DNA from: Mycobacterium sp.
GTDB lineage: Bacteria > Actinomycetota > Actinomycetes > Mycobacteriales > Mycobacteriaceae
Assembly (NCBI RefSeq): GCF_052145595.1
Contig: NZ_JBKQOI010000133.1
Location: forward strand, 39,765-103,764
Reading direction: 5' to 3'
Length of the DNA stretch: 64,000 nt
The notes beneath the pieces are model-generated. The model ran no database searches and was not told the origin of the DNA. It worked only from the letters and a program-made list of their open reading frames with translations. The position numbers and the translations under genes are program-made. Of the stretch, positions 48,003-57,300 are shown in pieces (within the stretch, counting starts at the first letter, position 1; every line of letters starts with the position of its first letter).

Positions 48003-48132
48003 ATCCGCAGCAGCCGTTCGGCGTTGCCGTGGGCGAGCTTCTCCCGGTCGGCGGCGCTGAGCGTCGTCCGCTCGAACCTTGGACCGCGTCGTAGGAGGAC
48101 TCGTAGGGGTAGTCGGGCGCGAAAATCGGTGG
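47999..48132 (-). pseudogene. C-terminal remnant of an amidohydrolase-2-type gene (frameshifted, 5'-truncated)
   Basis: One frame reads PPIFAPDYPYESSYDAV and is preceded directly by TAA. The adjacent frame reads RFERTTLSAADREKLAHGNAERLLRI-stop. Together they resemble the DYPH...GNAxRLL end of metal-dependent TIM-barrel hydrolases. Confidence 0.4.
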
Positions 48133-48258
48133 TTAGCCGTCTCGCTGAAAACCGGTTAGCCACAAAGAATTCGCCGCGGAATAAGACAACGTTCAGTCGT
48201 TGTATGCCCGGCACCCCGCAGCACGGTTGTCGGGCCGGTCCTGTGACAGGATCGGTGC

Positions 48259-49365
48259 ATGGCCTCCGTTGATTCCTCGGTCGATTTTTCGCTCTTGGAC
48301 GTTCCCAGGTCGGTGCCAGTTGACGACCCCGAGGCCTACCTACGCGCGGCGATGGCCTGGCACTTCGGTGAGGACACCGGTTCCCCGTTCTGGTTGCGCA
48401 CTGCCCGGACACTGGATTTCAACCCGATGACCGACGTCAACACCTTCGCGGATCTGGGCCTGTTTCCCAACCTCGTCAATGAATTGCGCGCTGTGCCGGT
48501 GGAGGATCTCATTCCCCGCGGTTATGGATCACCTGCGCCGCTGCCCCAGATATTCGAATCCGGCGGCACCACCGGGGCTCCGAAACGGACCGTGCAGATG
48601 CCGGATTGGGTCGCGCAGGTTGTCGAATGGCAAACCGAAGACTTCGCGACCGGTGGCTTTGTGCGGGATCACGGCTTCCTGTGCCTGATGCCGAGCGGCC
48701 CCCATGGTGTCGGCTACTTCTCCCGCTTGGTCTCCGAGCGCCTTGGCTCGGTGTTCCACCCGATCGACATCGATCCCCGCTGGGTCAAAAAGGTCGCAGC
48801 CCGCAATGTCGCCACGGACGTCGCGGCCTACGTCGACCACGTCCTCGACCAGGGCGTGCACATTCTCCAGACGCAGAATGTGGCGAATTTGCACACCACT
48901 CCGCCACTGCTGGAGGCCATCGCCCGCAATGACCACGTGGTTGAATTGGTAAACAAGAAGATCCGCTACCTGCTGCTCAGCGGTGCGCACGTGGATGCCG
49001 ACACCCTCGACCTGCTTCGGGAAATCTTCCCGGCGACGACGATCACCATGGCCTTCGGCAGCACGATGGTGCTTTCGCAGGCGGTCACCCGAACCACCGA
49101 TGACGGCTCGTTCGTCTTCGACCCGCGGACACCCTATGTCGCGTTCTGGGTGGTCGATCCCGACACCGGAGAAAGGGTGCCGTACGAACGCCAGGGCCGG
49201 GTGGTGATGAACCACATCAGCAGGGGAATGTTCATACCGAACAACCTGGAGCGCGATTTGGCAATCCGGATGCCCGGTCCGGCAGGGCAACTCAGCGATT
49301 CGGTCAGTGCGGTGCGGCCCGTGACCACCTTCGAGGGCGAGGCCGTCATCGAAGGCGTGTACTGA
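48259..49365 (+). CDS. LuxE/PaaK-like adenylate-forming enzyme (acyl-protein/acyl-CoA synthetase-like)
   Basis: FESGGTTGAPKR matches the ANL/PaaK/LuxE phosphate-binding loop. The 368-aa length and VVDPDTGERVPYERQGRVVM resemble LuxE-type proteins. Confidence 0.7.
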   Translation: MASVDSSVDFSLLDVPRSVPVDDPEAYLRAAMAWHFGEDTGSPFWLRTARTLDFNPMTDVNTFADLGLFPNLVNELRAVPVEDLIPRGYGSPAPLPQIFESGGTTGAPKRTVQMPDWVAQVVEWQTEDFATGGFVRDHGFLCLMPSGPHGVGYFSRLVSERLGSVFHPIDIDPRWVKKVAARNVATDVAAYVDHVLDQGVHILQTQNVANLHTTPPLLEAIARNDHVVELVNKKIRYLLLSGAHVDADTLDLLREIFPATTITMAFGSTMVLSQAVTRTTDDGSFVFDPRTPYVAFWVVDPDTGERVPYERQGRVVMNHISRGMFIPNNLERDLAIRMPGPAGQLSDSVSAVRPVTTFEGEAVIEGVY

Positions 49366-49367
49366 AT

Positions 49368-50765
49368 ATGGGACGCGAGCGACCAAGTGTTACAGCCGAT
49401 TTGGTGTGTATCGATGCACTCGGCGTCGGCGGCGAGTACCGCACCCGCAACCGCGAAGTCATCATGAGTACCGGCGGTATTGCTCTCGCCGACCTCAGTA
49501 TCGTCCCGCCGCTGTATGTTTCGCGCACCATCGACGCACAGCGCCACGTCCGGCCGCTGCCGGTTGCGCAGCGCCAGGCAGCGCTGGCCGATGCGGCCGA
49601 TGTCTTCGCGAACGCCGTCATCGCAGGACTGGACTTCGAAAGCTATGTGCGCCTGGCCAGCCGGATTTCGGGGCTGCCCATCGCGGTCACCCGCGCCGGG
49701 GCGCGCGGCGTGGCCGACGCCGTCGCCTCAGCATTCGATGCGGTGCGGCCGGCTCGGCCCACGGGCGCCGCGCTCGGCTGGCGCGAGGAGCGCACCCGCG
49801 ACGGCAGTGCGGTGTGGGTGCGGCGCGGTGAGGTGTTCGCGGTGCATGCGGCCGGAAACGGCCCGGGCGTGCACGGCCTCTGGCCGCAGGCGCTCGCGCT
49901 GGGCTACCGGGTGGCGGTGCGTCCGTCGCGCCGCGAGCCGCTGACTGCGCACCGGCTGGTAAAGGCCCTGCGCCAGTCGGGATTTCGTCCTGAGGATGCG
50001 GCTTACCTGCCGACCGACCATGCGGGCGCCGACGAGATCATCCGGTCGGCCGACCTTGCCATGGTGTACGGCGGTCAGGACGTGGTCGACAAGTACGCCA
50101 ACGATCCGACGGTGATGGTGAGCGGACCCGGCCGCGCCAAGATCCTGATCACGGCCGACCAAGACTGGCGGGACTACCTGGGCCTCGTCGTCGACTCGAT
50201 TGCCAACCTGGGTGGGATGGCGTGCGTCAACACCACCGCGGTGCTCTACGAGGGTGACCCCGCCCCCTTGGCGCAGGCGATCGCCGAGCGGTTGGCGGCG
50301 ATCCAGCCGTTCCCCATCGAGGACGAGCGAGCCATCCTGCCCACTCAGCCGGTCGAGAAGGCGGAGGCGCTGGCGAAGTATCTGGAGGTAAAGGCCGCGG
50401 GAACGACGCCGGTGCTCGGTGCCGATCAGGTGGTCGCCACCCTGGGCGGTAGCTGTGCCGCGCTGCGGCCGGCTGTGCACCTGATGACCGCGCCCAGCAC
50501 CGACAAGCTCAACATCGAGTTGCCGTTTCCGTGCGTGTGGGTGTCGTCATGGTCGCGCGAAGCCGGCATGGAGCCGCTGCGGCATTCGCTGGTCGTTACC
50601 GCGATCACCGGCGACGAGGAGCTGATCGACGACCTGCTGGCCGAACCGACGGTCACCAACGTCTACTGCGGCCACCACCCGACCCATTACGCAGCACCGC
50701 AAATCCCACATGACGGGTTCCTGGCGGACGTGCTGATGCGCAACAAGGGCTTCATCAGGGACTGA
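49368..50765 (+). CDS. LuxC-like acyl-CoA reductase / aldehyde-dehydrogenase-superfamily protein
   Basis: It starts 2 nt after the upstream stop. VHAAGNGPGVHGLWPQALALGYRVAVRPSRREP resembles the LuxC AGNxP...K.S segment. The candidate catalytic Cys is in NLGGMACVNTTAV. Confidence 0.7.
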   Translation: MGRERPSVTADLVCIDALGVGGEYRTRNREVIMSTGGIALADLSIVPPLYVSRTIDAQRHVRPLPVAQRQAALADAADVFANAVIAGLDFESYVRLASRISGLPIAVTRAGARGVADAVASAFDAVRPARPTGAALGWREERTRDGSAVWVRRGEVFAVHAAGNGPGVHGLWPQALALGYRVAVRPSRREPLTAHRLVKALRQSGFRPEDAAYLPTDHAGADEIIRSADLAMVYGGQDVVDKYANDPTVMVSGPGRAKILITADQDWRDYLGLVVDSIANLGGMACVNTTAVLYEGDPAPLAQAIAERLAAIQPFPIEDERAILPTQPVEKAEALAKYLEVKAAGTTPVLGADQVVATLGGSCAALRPAVHLMTAPSTDKLNIELPFPCVWVSSWSREAGMEPLRHSLVVTAITGDEELIDDLLAEPTVTNVYCGHHPTHYAAPQIPHDGFLADVLMRNKGFIRD

Positions 50766-50774
50766 CAAGAGCGC

Positions 50775-51551
50775 TCAGTCGCCGAAGCCTCCGCTTGGAG
50801 CCGCGACGACCGTCGGTGGAGCACCGGGACCGCTGGGACCGTTGGGACCGTTGGGACCGTTGTCAAGACGACCGGCCGCAAAAGTCGCTCCCCGGTCGAT
50901 CATCGCCCCGTCGTCTGCGTACGTGTCGTGCGCGGCGAAATTCATCCCGTCAGAGCAAACCGGGTCCTCGGCAGCGCACACCTTGATGGTCTTCTGCTGA
51001 TACAGCGGGCCGATCGCGACCGGCGGCTCGCCGAGGAAGTTCATCGCCCGGCCGTTTGGCATCCCGAAGAGGACGACCGAGGTGACGTGGTTAGCAACGT
51101 CGGGGTCCATCGGTTTGGGTACGGTCGCAGGATCGACGCCATCCGGGATGGCAGCCGAGGTGACGAAGCCCATCACGGCCGCGCCCTGAGAATATCCGCC
51201 GAGCACCATCTTGGTGTTGGGGCAGTCCTTGGCCATCGAAACGACATGAGCGCCCGCGTCTCTGATGCCGTCGAGGCCGGTGTCCCACTCGTTGCTGGCG
51301 GGGTAGTTCACCGGATATACGTCGAACGAATGTGCTCCGACGCGCGAGCGCAGGTCGTCGACGAATGCCTGTCCGGTCGGGCCAACACCGGGAGGCTCAC
51401 CGGTACCGCGGGCGAACACCACCTGCACGTCGGGGCACGGCTCGGCGGAGGCGGACGGGACAGCAGAGGCAAGGACGCAGCCGCTGAGGCCCGAGGCCGC
51501 GACTACTGCAGGACCAAGGAAACGAGCGATGTGTCGAGCGGTCATGTGCAA
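50775..51551 (-). CDS. Secreted cutinase-family serine esterase with Gly-Pro-Asn repeat tail
   Basis: Signal peptide, CPDVQVVFARGT, catalytic GYSQGAAV and the CAAEDPVCS disulfide motif. C-terminal tail GPNGPNGPSGPGAPP. Confidence 0.9.
   Translation of the reverse strand: MHMTARHIARFLGPAVVAASGLSGCVLASAVPSASAEPCPDVQVVFARGTGEPPGVGPTGQAFVDDLRSRVGAHSFDVYPVNYPASNEWDTGLDGIRDAGAHVVSMAKDCPNTKMVLGGYSQGAAVMGFVTSAAIPDGVDPATVPKPMDPDVANHVTSVVLFGMPNGRAMNFLGEPPVAIGPLYQQKTIKVCAAEDPVCSDGMNFAAHDTYADDGAMIDRGATFAAGRLDNGPNGPNGPSGPGAPPTVVAAPSGGFGD
50826..50861 (-). repeat. In-frame 9-bp tandem repeat (GGGACCGYT x4) encoding (GPN/GPS)n
   Basis: gggaccgct gggaccgtt gggaccgtt gggaccgtt on the plus strand, inside the 3' end of the cutinase gene. 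Confidence 0.8.
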
Positions 51552-51628
51552 ATTGTGCCCGAGTATAAGGTTGGCTAAACAGTGATTTTCCTGGCAATTA
51601 TTGCACGCTCGTTAAATGCCCGCGCGCC

Positions 51629-52738
51629 ATGACACTTCGTATCTTGTCGCGTGTCGCGCGACTGTCTGGGGGCCCCGACGTCGGTACCCGCGGGTGGTGG
51701 CGCGCCGACGACGCCGCGCCGGAGCGCGGGCGGGGACTCCGATGTGGTCTGCTAGCTGTAGCCCGAGTCGAGGCGCGCGACAAAGCCAGAGCCGCACTTG
51801 CGGCGTGCAATTCGAAAGTGAATGCGGCAGTCAAGGTGAACGTGATACCACAGGCCTTTAAGCAGCCCTTGGCAGCGGCTACCGACCGATTCGCCAATCC
51901 CGCACGGGTGTCGGATCCCGACAAGCTGCGCAGCGCCGCTTCCGGCAAGATCGTGCTGGTGACCGGCGCGTCTTACGGAATCGGCGAGGCGACCGCCCGC
52001 AAAATGGCCGCCGCGGGAGCCACCGTGCTGGTTGTCGCCCGGTCGGCGGAAAGGCTCGACGACCTTGCGGCGTCGATCAACGCAGGCGGCGGCCACGCTT
52101 TCGCCTACCCGACCGATCTAACCGATGAGTCCGCCGTCAGCGCGCTGACGAAGCAGGTCACCGAGAACCACGGCCCGGTCGACATCGTGGTGAGCAACGC
52201 CGGCAAATCGTTGCGTCGCTCGCTGCATCGCCAGTACGACCGTCCGCATGACTTTCAGCGCACGATCGACATCAATTACCTGGGACCGATCTGGCTGCTA
52301 CTGGGGCTGCTGCCGGCCATGCGCGCAAACGGCGGCGGCCACATCGTGAACGTTTCCAGTGTCGGCGTGCGTGTCGTGCCCGGTCCGCAATGGGGCGCCT
52401 ACCAGGCCTCCAAGGGGGCTTTCGATCGCTGGCTGCGCAGCGTGGCACCGGAGCTGCACGCCGACGGGGTGGACGTCACAGCGGTCTACTTCGCGCTGGT
52501 CCGCACCCGCATGATCGCGCCCACGCCGATCCTGGCTCGACTCCCCGGCTTGTCCGCGGACGAAGCCGCCGACGCGATCGCCAAGGCGGTCATCGAGCGG
52601 CCCCGCACCAACGAACCGCCCTGGGTGTGGCCGGCCGAGCTGGCCTCGGTGCTGCTGGCCGGGCCCGCCGATCGCGCGGCCCGGTTATGGCACCGGCGCT
52701 TTTTCGCCGATTCCGAGCGCCACGAGGCCCAACGATGA
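51629..52738 (+). CDS. SDR of the mycobacterial fatty-acyl-CoA-reductase type (Rv1543-like)
   Basis: GKIVLVTGASYGIGEATARKMAAAG ... NAGKSLRRSL...YDRPHDFQRTIDINYLGP ... YQASKGAF ... ALVRTRMIAPT parallels my memory of Rv1543. The start is uncertain: ATG 51629 or internal GTG 51836/51842. Confidence 0.8.
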   Translation: MTLRILSRVARLSGGPDVGTRGWWRADDAAPERGRGLRCGLLAVARVEARDKARAALAACNSKVNAAVKVNVIPQAFKQPLAAATDRFANPARVSDPDKLRSAASGKIVLVTGASYGIGEATARKMAAAGATVLVVARSAERLDDLAASINAGGGHAFAYPTDLTDESAVSALTKQVTENHGPVDIVVSNAGKSLRRSLHRQYDRPHDFQRTIDINYLGPIWLLLGLLPAMRANGGGHIVNVSSVGVRVVPGPQWGAYQASKGAFDRWLRSVAPELHADGVDVTAVYFALVRTRMIAPTPILARLPGLSADEAADAIAKAVIERPRTNEPPWVWPAELASVLLAGPADRAARLWHRRFFADSERHEAQR

Positions 52739-54324
52739 CCGCTTTTGTGTCCGAGGATGGCGTGCTCGCCACCGCGGCCCGGGCGTTGCTCCGGTCCGGA
52801 TTGCTCAGTCCGCCTTCCCCGGTCGCGGGGTTCCGGCTCATTCGGGAGGCGCGCCGGGGCGGTACGAACCCCTACACCCTGTTGGCGGTCACGGCGACCC
52901 GGTGGCCACACCGGGCGGCGATAATCGACGATGACGGCGCCCTCGGCTATCGCGAGCTGCTGTTGGCGACCGAATCCCTGGCCCGTGAGTTGTCCGACGG
53001 TGGCGTTGGACCCGGTCAAGCCGTGGGGGTCATGTGCCGCAATGGACGGGGCTTCGTCAAGGCCGTCTTCGCCGTCGCCTTGGTGGGCGCCGACGTCGTG
53101 CTCGTCAACACGGATTTCCGCATCGACGCGCTGGCGGCCGCGTTGAGCGCACACCAGATCACGACGATGGTCGCCGACAACGAATTCGCCGCGCGGGTGC
53201 GCGCCGCTGACGAATCGGTCGCCCTCCTCGACCCGGCGAAGGTCATTGCACACGAGGGTGATCCGCGACCCGGCGTGACCGCACCCGGCCGGATCGTCCT
53301 GCTCACCTCGGGCACCACCGGCAAGCCGAAGGGTGTGCCGCGCACACCGCAGCTGCGTTCGGCGGTGGGCGTCTGGGTGACAATTCTTGATCGCACCCGG
53401 TTGCGTGCCGGCTCGCGAATCTCGGTGGCGATGCCGATGTTTCACGGGCTGGGGCTGGGCATGCTGATGCTTACGGTGGCCCTCGGCGGCACGGTACTCA
53501 CCCATCGCCATTTCGACGCCGAGGCCGCGCTCGCGCAGGCATCGCTGCATCGCGCCGACGCGTTCACGGCGGTGCCGGTCGTGCTCGCGCGCATCCTCGA
53601 CCTACCCAAACGCGTGCGGGCGCGAAACCCGTTGCCGTCCCTGCGAGTAGTGATATCCAGCGGCGACCGGCTCGATCCCAGCCTCGGGCAACGGTTCATG
53701 GATGCCTACGGCGACGTCCTCTACAACGGCTACGGCTCCACCGAAGTCGGTATCGGCGCCCTGGCGACACCGGCAGACCTGCGGGACGCTCACGAAACCG
53801 TCGGAAAACCGGTGGCCGGCTGCCCGGTATGCATCTTCGACAAAAAGGACAGACCGGTCGGTCCGCGCGTCACCGGGCGCATCTTCGTCGGCGGCGAGCT
53901 GGCGAGTGAGGGTTACACGGGCGGCTCGGATGTTGGGGAGGCCAAAGCCGTCGTCGACGGTATGACCAGCACGGGCGACATGGGCTATCTCGACGATGCC
54001 GGCCGGCTATTCATCGTCGGTCGCGAAGACGACATGATCATTTCCGGCGGTGAGAACGTCTATCCGCGCGCGGTCGAAAACGCACTCGCCGAACATCCCG
54101 ACGTCGCCGACAACGCGGTCATCGGTGTTCCCGACGAGCGATTCGGTCATCGGCTGGCCGCGTTCGTGGTCTTGCAGTCGGGGAGCGAGATCGAAGTGCC
54201 GACTTTACGAGAGTATCTGAAGGACAAAGTCTCTCGCTTCGAGGAGCCCAGAGACATCCAGATCGTCGACAGCATTCCCCGCAACCCCGCGGGCAAGGTC
54301 GTGCGCAAAGAGCTGTCGGTCTGA
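52735..54324 (+). CDS. Acyl-CoA synthetase / fatty-acid-CoA ligase (FadD-type, AMP-binding)
   Basis: ATGA overlap with the upstream SDR. Motifs LLTSGTTGKPKGV, YGSTE, GDMGYLDDAGRLFIVGREDDMIISGGENVYP and a C-terminal PRNPAGKVVRKEL. Confidence 0.92.
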   Translation: MTAFVSEDGVLATAARALLRSGLLSPPSPVAGFRLIREARRGGTNPYTLLAVTATRWPHRAAIIDDDGALGYRELLLATESLARELSDGGVGPGQAVGVMCRNGRGFVKAVFAVALVGADVVLVNTDFRIDALAAALSAHQITTMVADNEFAARVRAADESVALLDPAKVIAHEGDPRPGVTAPGRIVLLTSGTTGKPKGVPRTPQLRSAVGVWVTILDRTRLRAGSRISVAMPMFHGLGLGMLMLTVALGGTVLTHRHFDAEAALAQASLHRADAFTAVPVVLARILDLPKRVRARNPLPSLRVVISSGDRLDPSLGQRFMDAYGDVLYNGYGSTEVGIGALATPADLRDAHETVGKPVAGCPVCIFDKKDRPVGPRVTGRIFVGGELASEGYTGGSDVGEAKAVVDGMTSTGDMGYLDDAGRLFIVGREDDMIISGGENVYPRAVENALAEHPDVADNAVIGVPDERFGHRLAAFVVLQSGSEIEVPTLREYLKDKVSRFEEPRDIQIVDSIPRNPAGKVVRKELSV

Positions 54325-54366
54325 GGGCATGGCCGCCCGGCCGCGCCGACCATTACCAGAGGTCGC

Positions 54367-57300
54367 CTATTGGTCCTCTTTGGGTTCGAGCGCGGCGACC
54401 CGCTTGGCCAGCCAATTGGGTGCCAGCACCGAGACGGCTGTCGCGCCTGCGGTGGCGCTGATCACGCCCGACCAGGCGACCGGTCCGAGCGGGGTGCAAC
54501 CGAAGAAATGGCTCACGCCCGGAGTTTGGACGATGGCGACCAACACACCCGCGCTGCCCAGCGCTGTCCCCAGGACGAGCGGGCTGTGGCGGCGCGTCAA
54601 CAGGGTTTGTGCGAGCTGCGTCGTCACCAGCGCGGTGAGTCCCATTGTGGACGTGCGGCGTTCGGTGCCCGGAGTCCAACGCCCGATGGCCCACGCCGCC
54701 GTCGCGCCGGCGGCCGTGACGGCGCCACGGGTGATGATCTGTCGCATGAGCGGTGCGTCGAGTGAAGGCGCCGGTTCGGACAGCGTCGCACGCTGGAACG
54801 CACGGTGCAGCTCTTCGGCGTCGCGGTCGACTCCGGCACCGGCCTCTTCGGAAGTCTCTTCGGGCTGGGGGTACTGCGGGGTGACGGCAACCGCAAGCGC
54901 GGGAAACATGTCGGTGAGCAAGTTCACCAACAGCAGTTGACGGGTGCCCACCGGCGCTCGGCCGGTGCCCAACGCGGTCCCGATGATGGTGAAGAGCACT
55001 TCACCCACGTTGCCGCCGACCAGGATGCTCACCGCGTCCCGTACGCCGCCCCACATGCCGCGGCCTTCGACCAGCGCGTCGAGCAGCACGCCCAGATCCG
55101 TGTCGGTCAACACGATATCGGCGGCCCCGCGTGCGGCCGACGAACCGCGACCGCTCACCCCGATGCCCACGTCGGCCATCCGGATTGCGGCAGCGTCATT
55201 GGCCCCGTCGCCGACCATCGCGGTTACCTGCCCGCAGGCCTGCAGCGCCGCGACGATCTGTACCTTCTGTTCCGGGCTGACGCGGGCGAAAACCTGTACG
55301 TCGGCAGCGACTTTGGCGCGAGCGTCCTCGTCGAGGGCGGCGAGTTCGGCACCGGTCACCTCTTGTGCATCCGATGGCAGCCCCAATTGATGGGCGATCG
55401 CCCGTGCGGTCACCGGATGGTCGCCGGTGATCAGCACCACCCTGCGTCCGCACTCCACCAGCGCCTCGATCAGTGGCCGCGCCGATGCTCGCGCGGTGTC
55501 GGCCAAACCGACGTAGCCGATCAACTCGAGGTCGTGCGCGGCGGCGTCGACGGCGTCGGCGTCGGTGTCCTCCTCGCCCATCCCGTGCTCCCAGCGGCGC
55601 TGCGCCACCGCCAACACCCGCAGTCCCTGCCCGGCCAGGCGCAATACCAAAGACTCCGCATGGTCTCGGTCGGCGTCCGGATCGGCAAAGCGGCAACGCG
55701 GCAGGATTTCCTCCGGAGCACCTTTGGCTATCAGCATCGGTTTTGCCCTAGCGCTCAAGGTGCCGATCGCGGCGGAATACCCACGACTGGACTCGAACGG
55801 TACCTCCGCCAGCACGTTCCACTTCGAAGCCCATTGGCCGTCAATGGAATTGGCCGTCGTGAGGATTGCCTCGTCGGTGGCATGCGCATGCCCCTGCCCG
55901 TTATGGGGCTGGGTGCTGCTGCGGGCGGCGGCCTGCAACACCTCTGCGGCCCTCGGGTCGGTCGCCTTGGGGAATGGATCCGCCGCACTGGCCCCGTGCG
56001 GCACGCCACACACCACGCGCAGATGGTTTTCGGTGAGTGTGCCGGTCTTGTCGAAACACACCGTCTGGACGCGGCCCAAGGCTTCCACGGCACGTGGCGT
56101 GCGGACCAGCGCTCCACGCCGCGACAGCCGCTGGGCGGCGGCAAGCTGGGCCAGGGTGGCCACCAGCGGCAGGCCCTCGGGCACGGCCGCCACCGCAATT
56201 GCGACGCCGTCGGCGACAGCCTGACGCAGCGTCGCGCGGTGCGCCAAGGCCAAGCCCGCCACCGTTGCGCCGCCGGCAAGCGTCAGCGGAAGGACCTTGC
56301 CGGTCAACTCGCGCAACCTGGCCTGCACACCGGCCGCCGACTCGACGTCGGCGATCGCCGAAATCGCGCGCTGCGCAGCGGTGCCGGCACCGGTCGCCAC
56401 GACGATCGCCCGGGCATGCCCGGCGACGATGGTGCTTCCCTCGAACAGCATGCTGGCCCGATCGGCATCGGCGACCGCGACCGGCTCAACCTGCTTGTCC
56501 ACCGGCAGCGACTCGCCGGTGAGGAACGATTCGTCGACTTCGAGGTCTTCGGCCACCAGCAGGCGCGCATCCGCCGGTACCACCTCCGGCGCGGCCAGGT
56601 CGATGATGTCACCCGGGCGCAGCGATTTCGCGCTCACCGTCACCGTTCGCTCGGTGGTCCGGGCCGCTTCCAGCCGGCGGTGCGCCGTCGCCACCGTGGG
56701 GAGAACCACGCGGCGCGCGTGTTGGTCCTGTTCGGCGAACAGCTCGGCGACCGCGGCCTCGGCCCGCAACCGTTGCAACCCACCGGCCAGTGCGTTGGCG
56801 GTCATCACGCCCGTGACCAGCAACGCGTCGACGCTGCTGCCGACGATCGCCGAGGCCGCCGCTCCCACGGCCAGGATGGGGGTCAGTGGATCGGCGAGCT
56901 CGGCCCGCGTCGCCCCGAGCAGCCGACCCACTTGGGTTGCCGGTCCGCGCAGCGGCGCCACGACAGGGTTGTAGGACAGGTCGTCCAGAAGCTGTCGCCA
57001 GGGCGCGCCACCGGGTTCGACGGCCAGGGGACGCGTGCGGCTGGCCAGCCGGGAATAGACGATCTCGGGGTCCAGGGCATGCCATGCGGTCACCGGCTGC
57101 GGCGTGGGATCGGGCAGCCGGAGCACCCTGGTGGCCGAGAAGGTTCCCTGTATCAAAGCGGCCGCGGCGGCGGCGTTGACCGGATTGAGCCAACGCTGTA
57201 TCGCGAACGGGCTGGCGGTGCGCGGGTCACCGGTGACCAGCAGCAGCCCGGCCAGGGTGCTGCCGCCCTTTGCAAGACGCACCGCCGATTCCGTGGCCTC

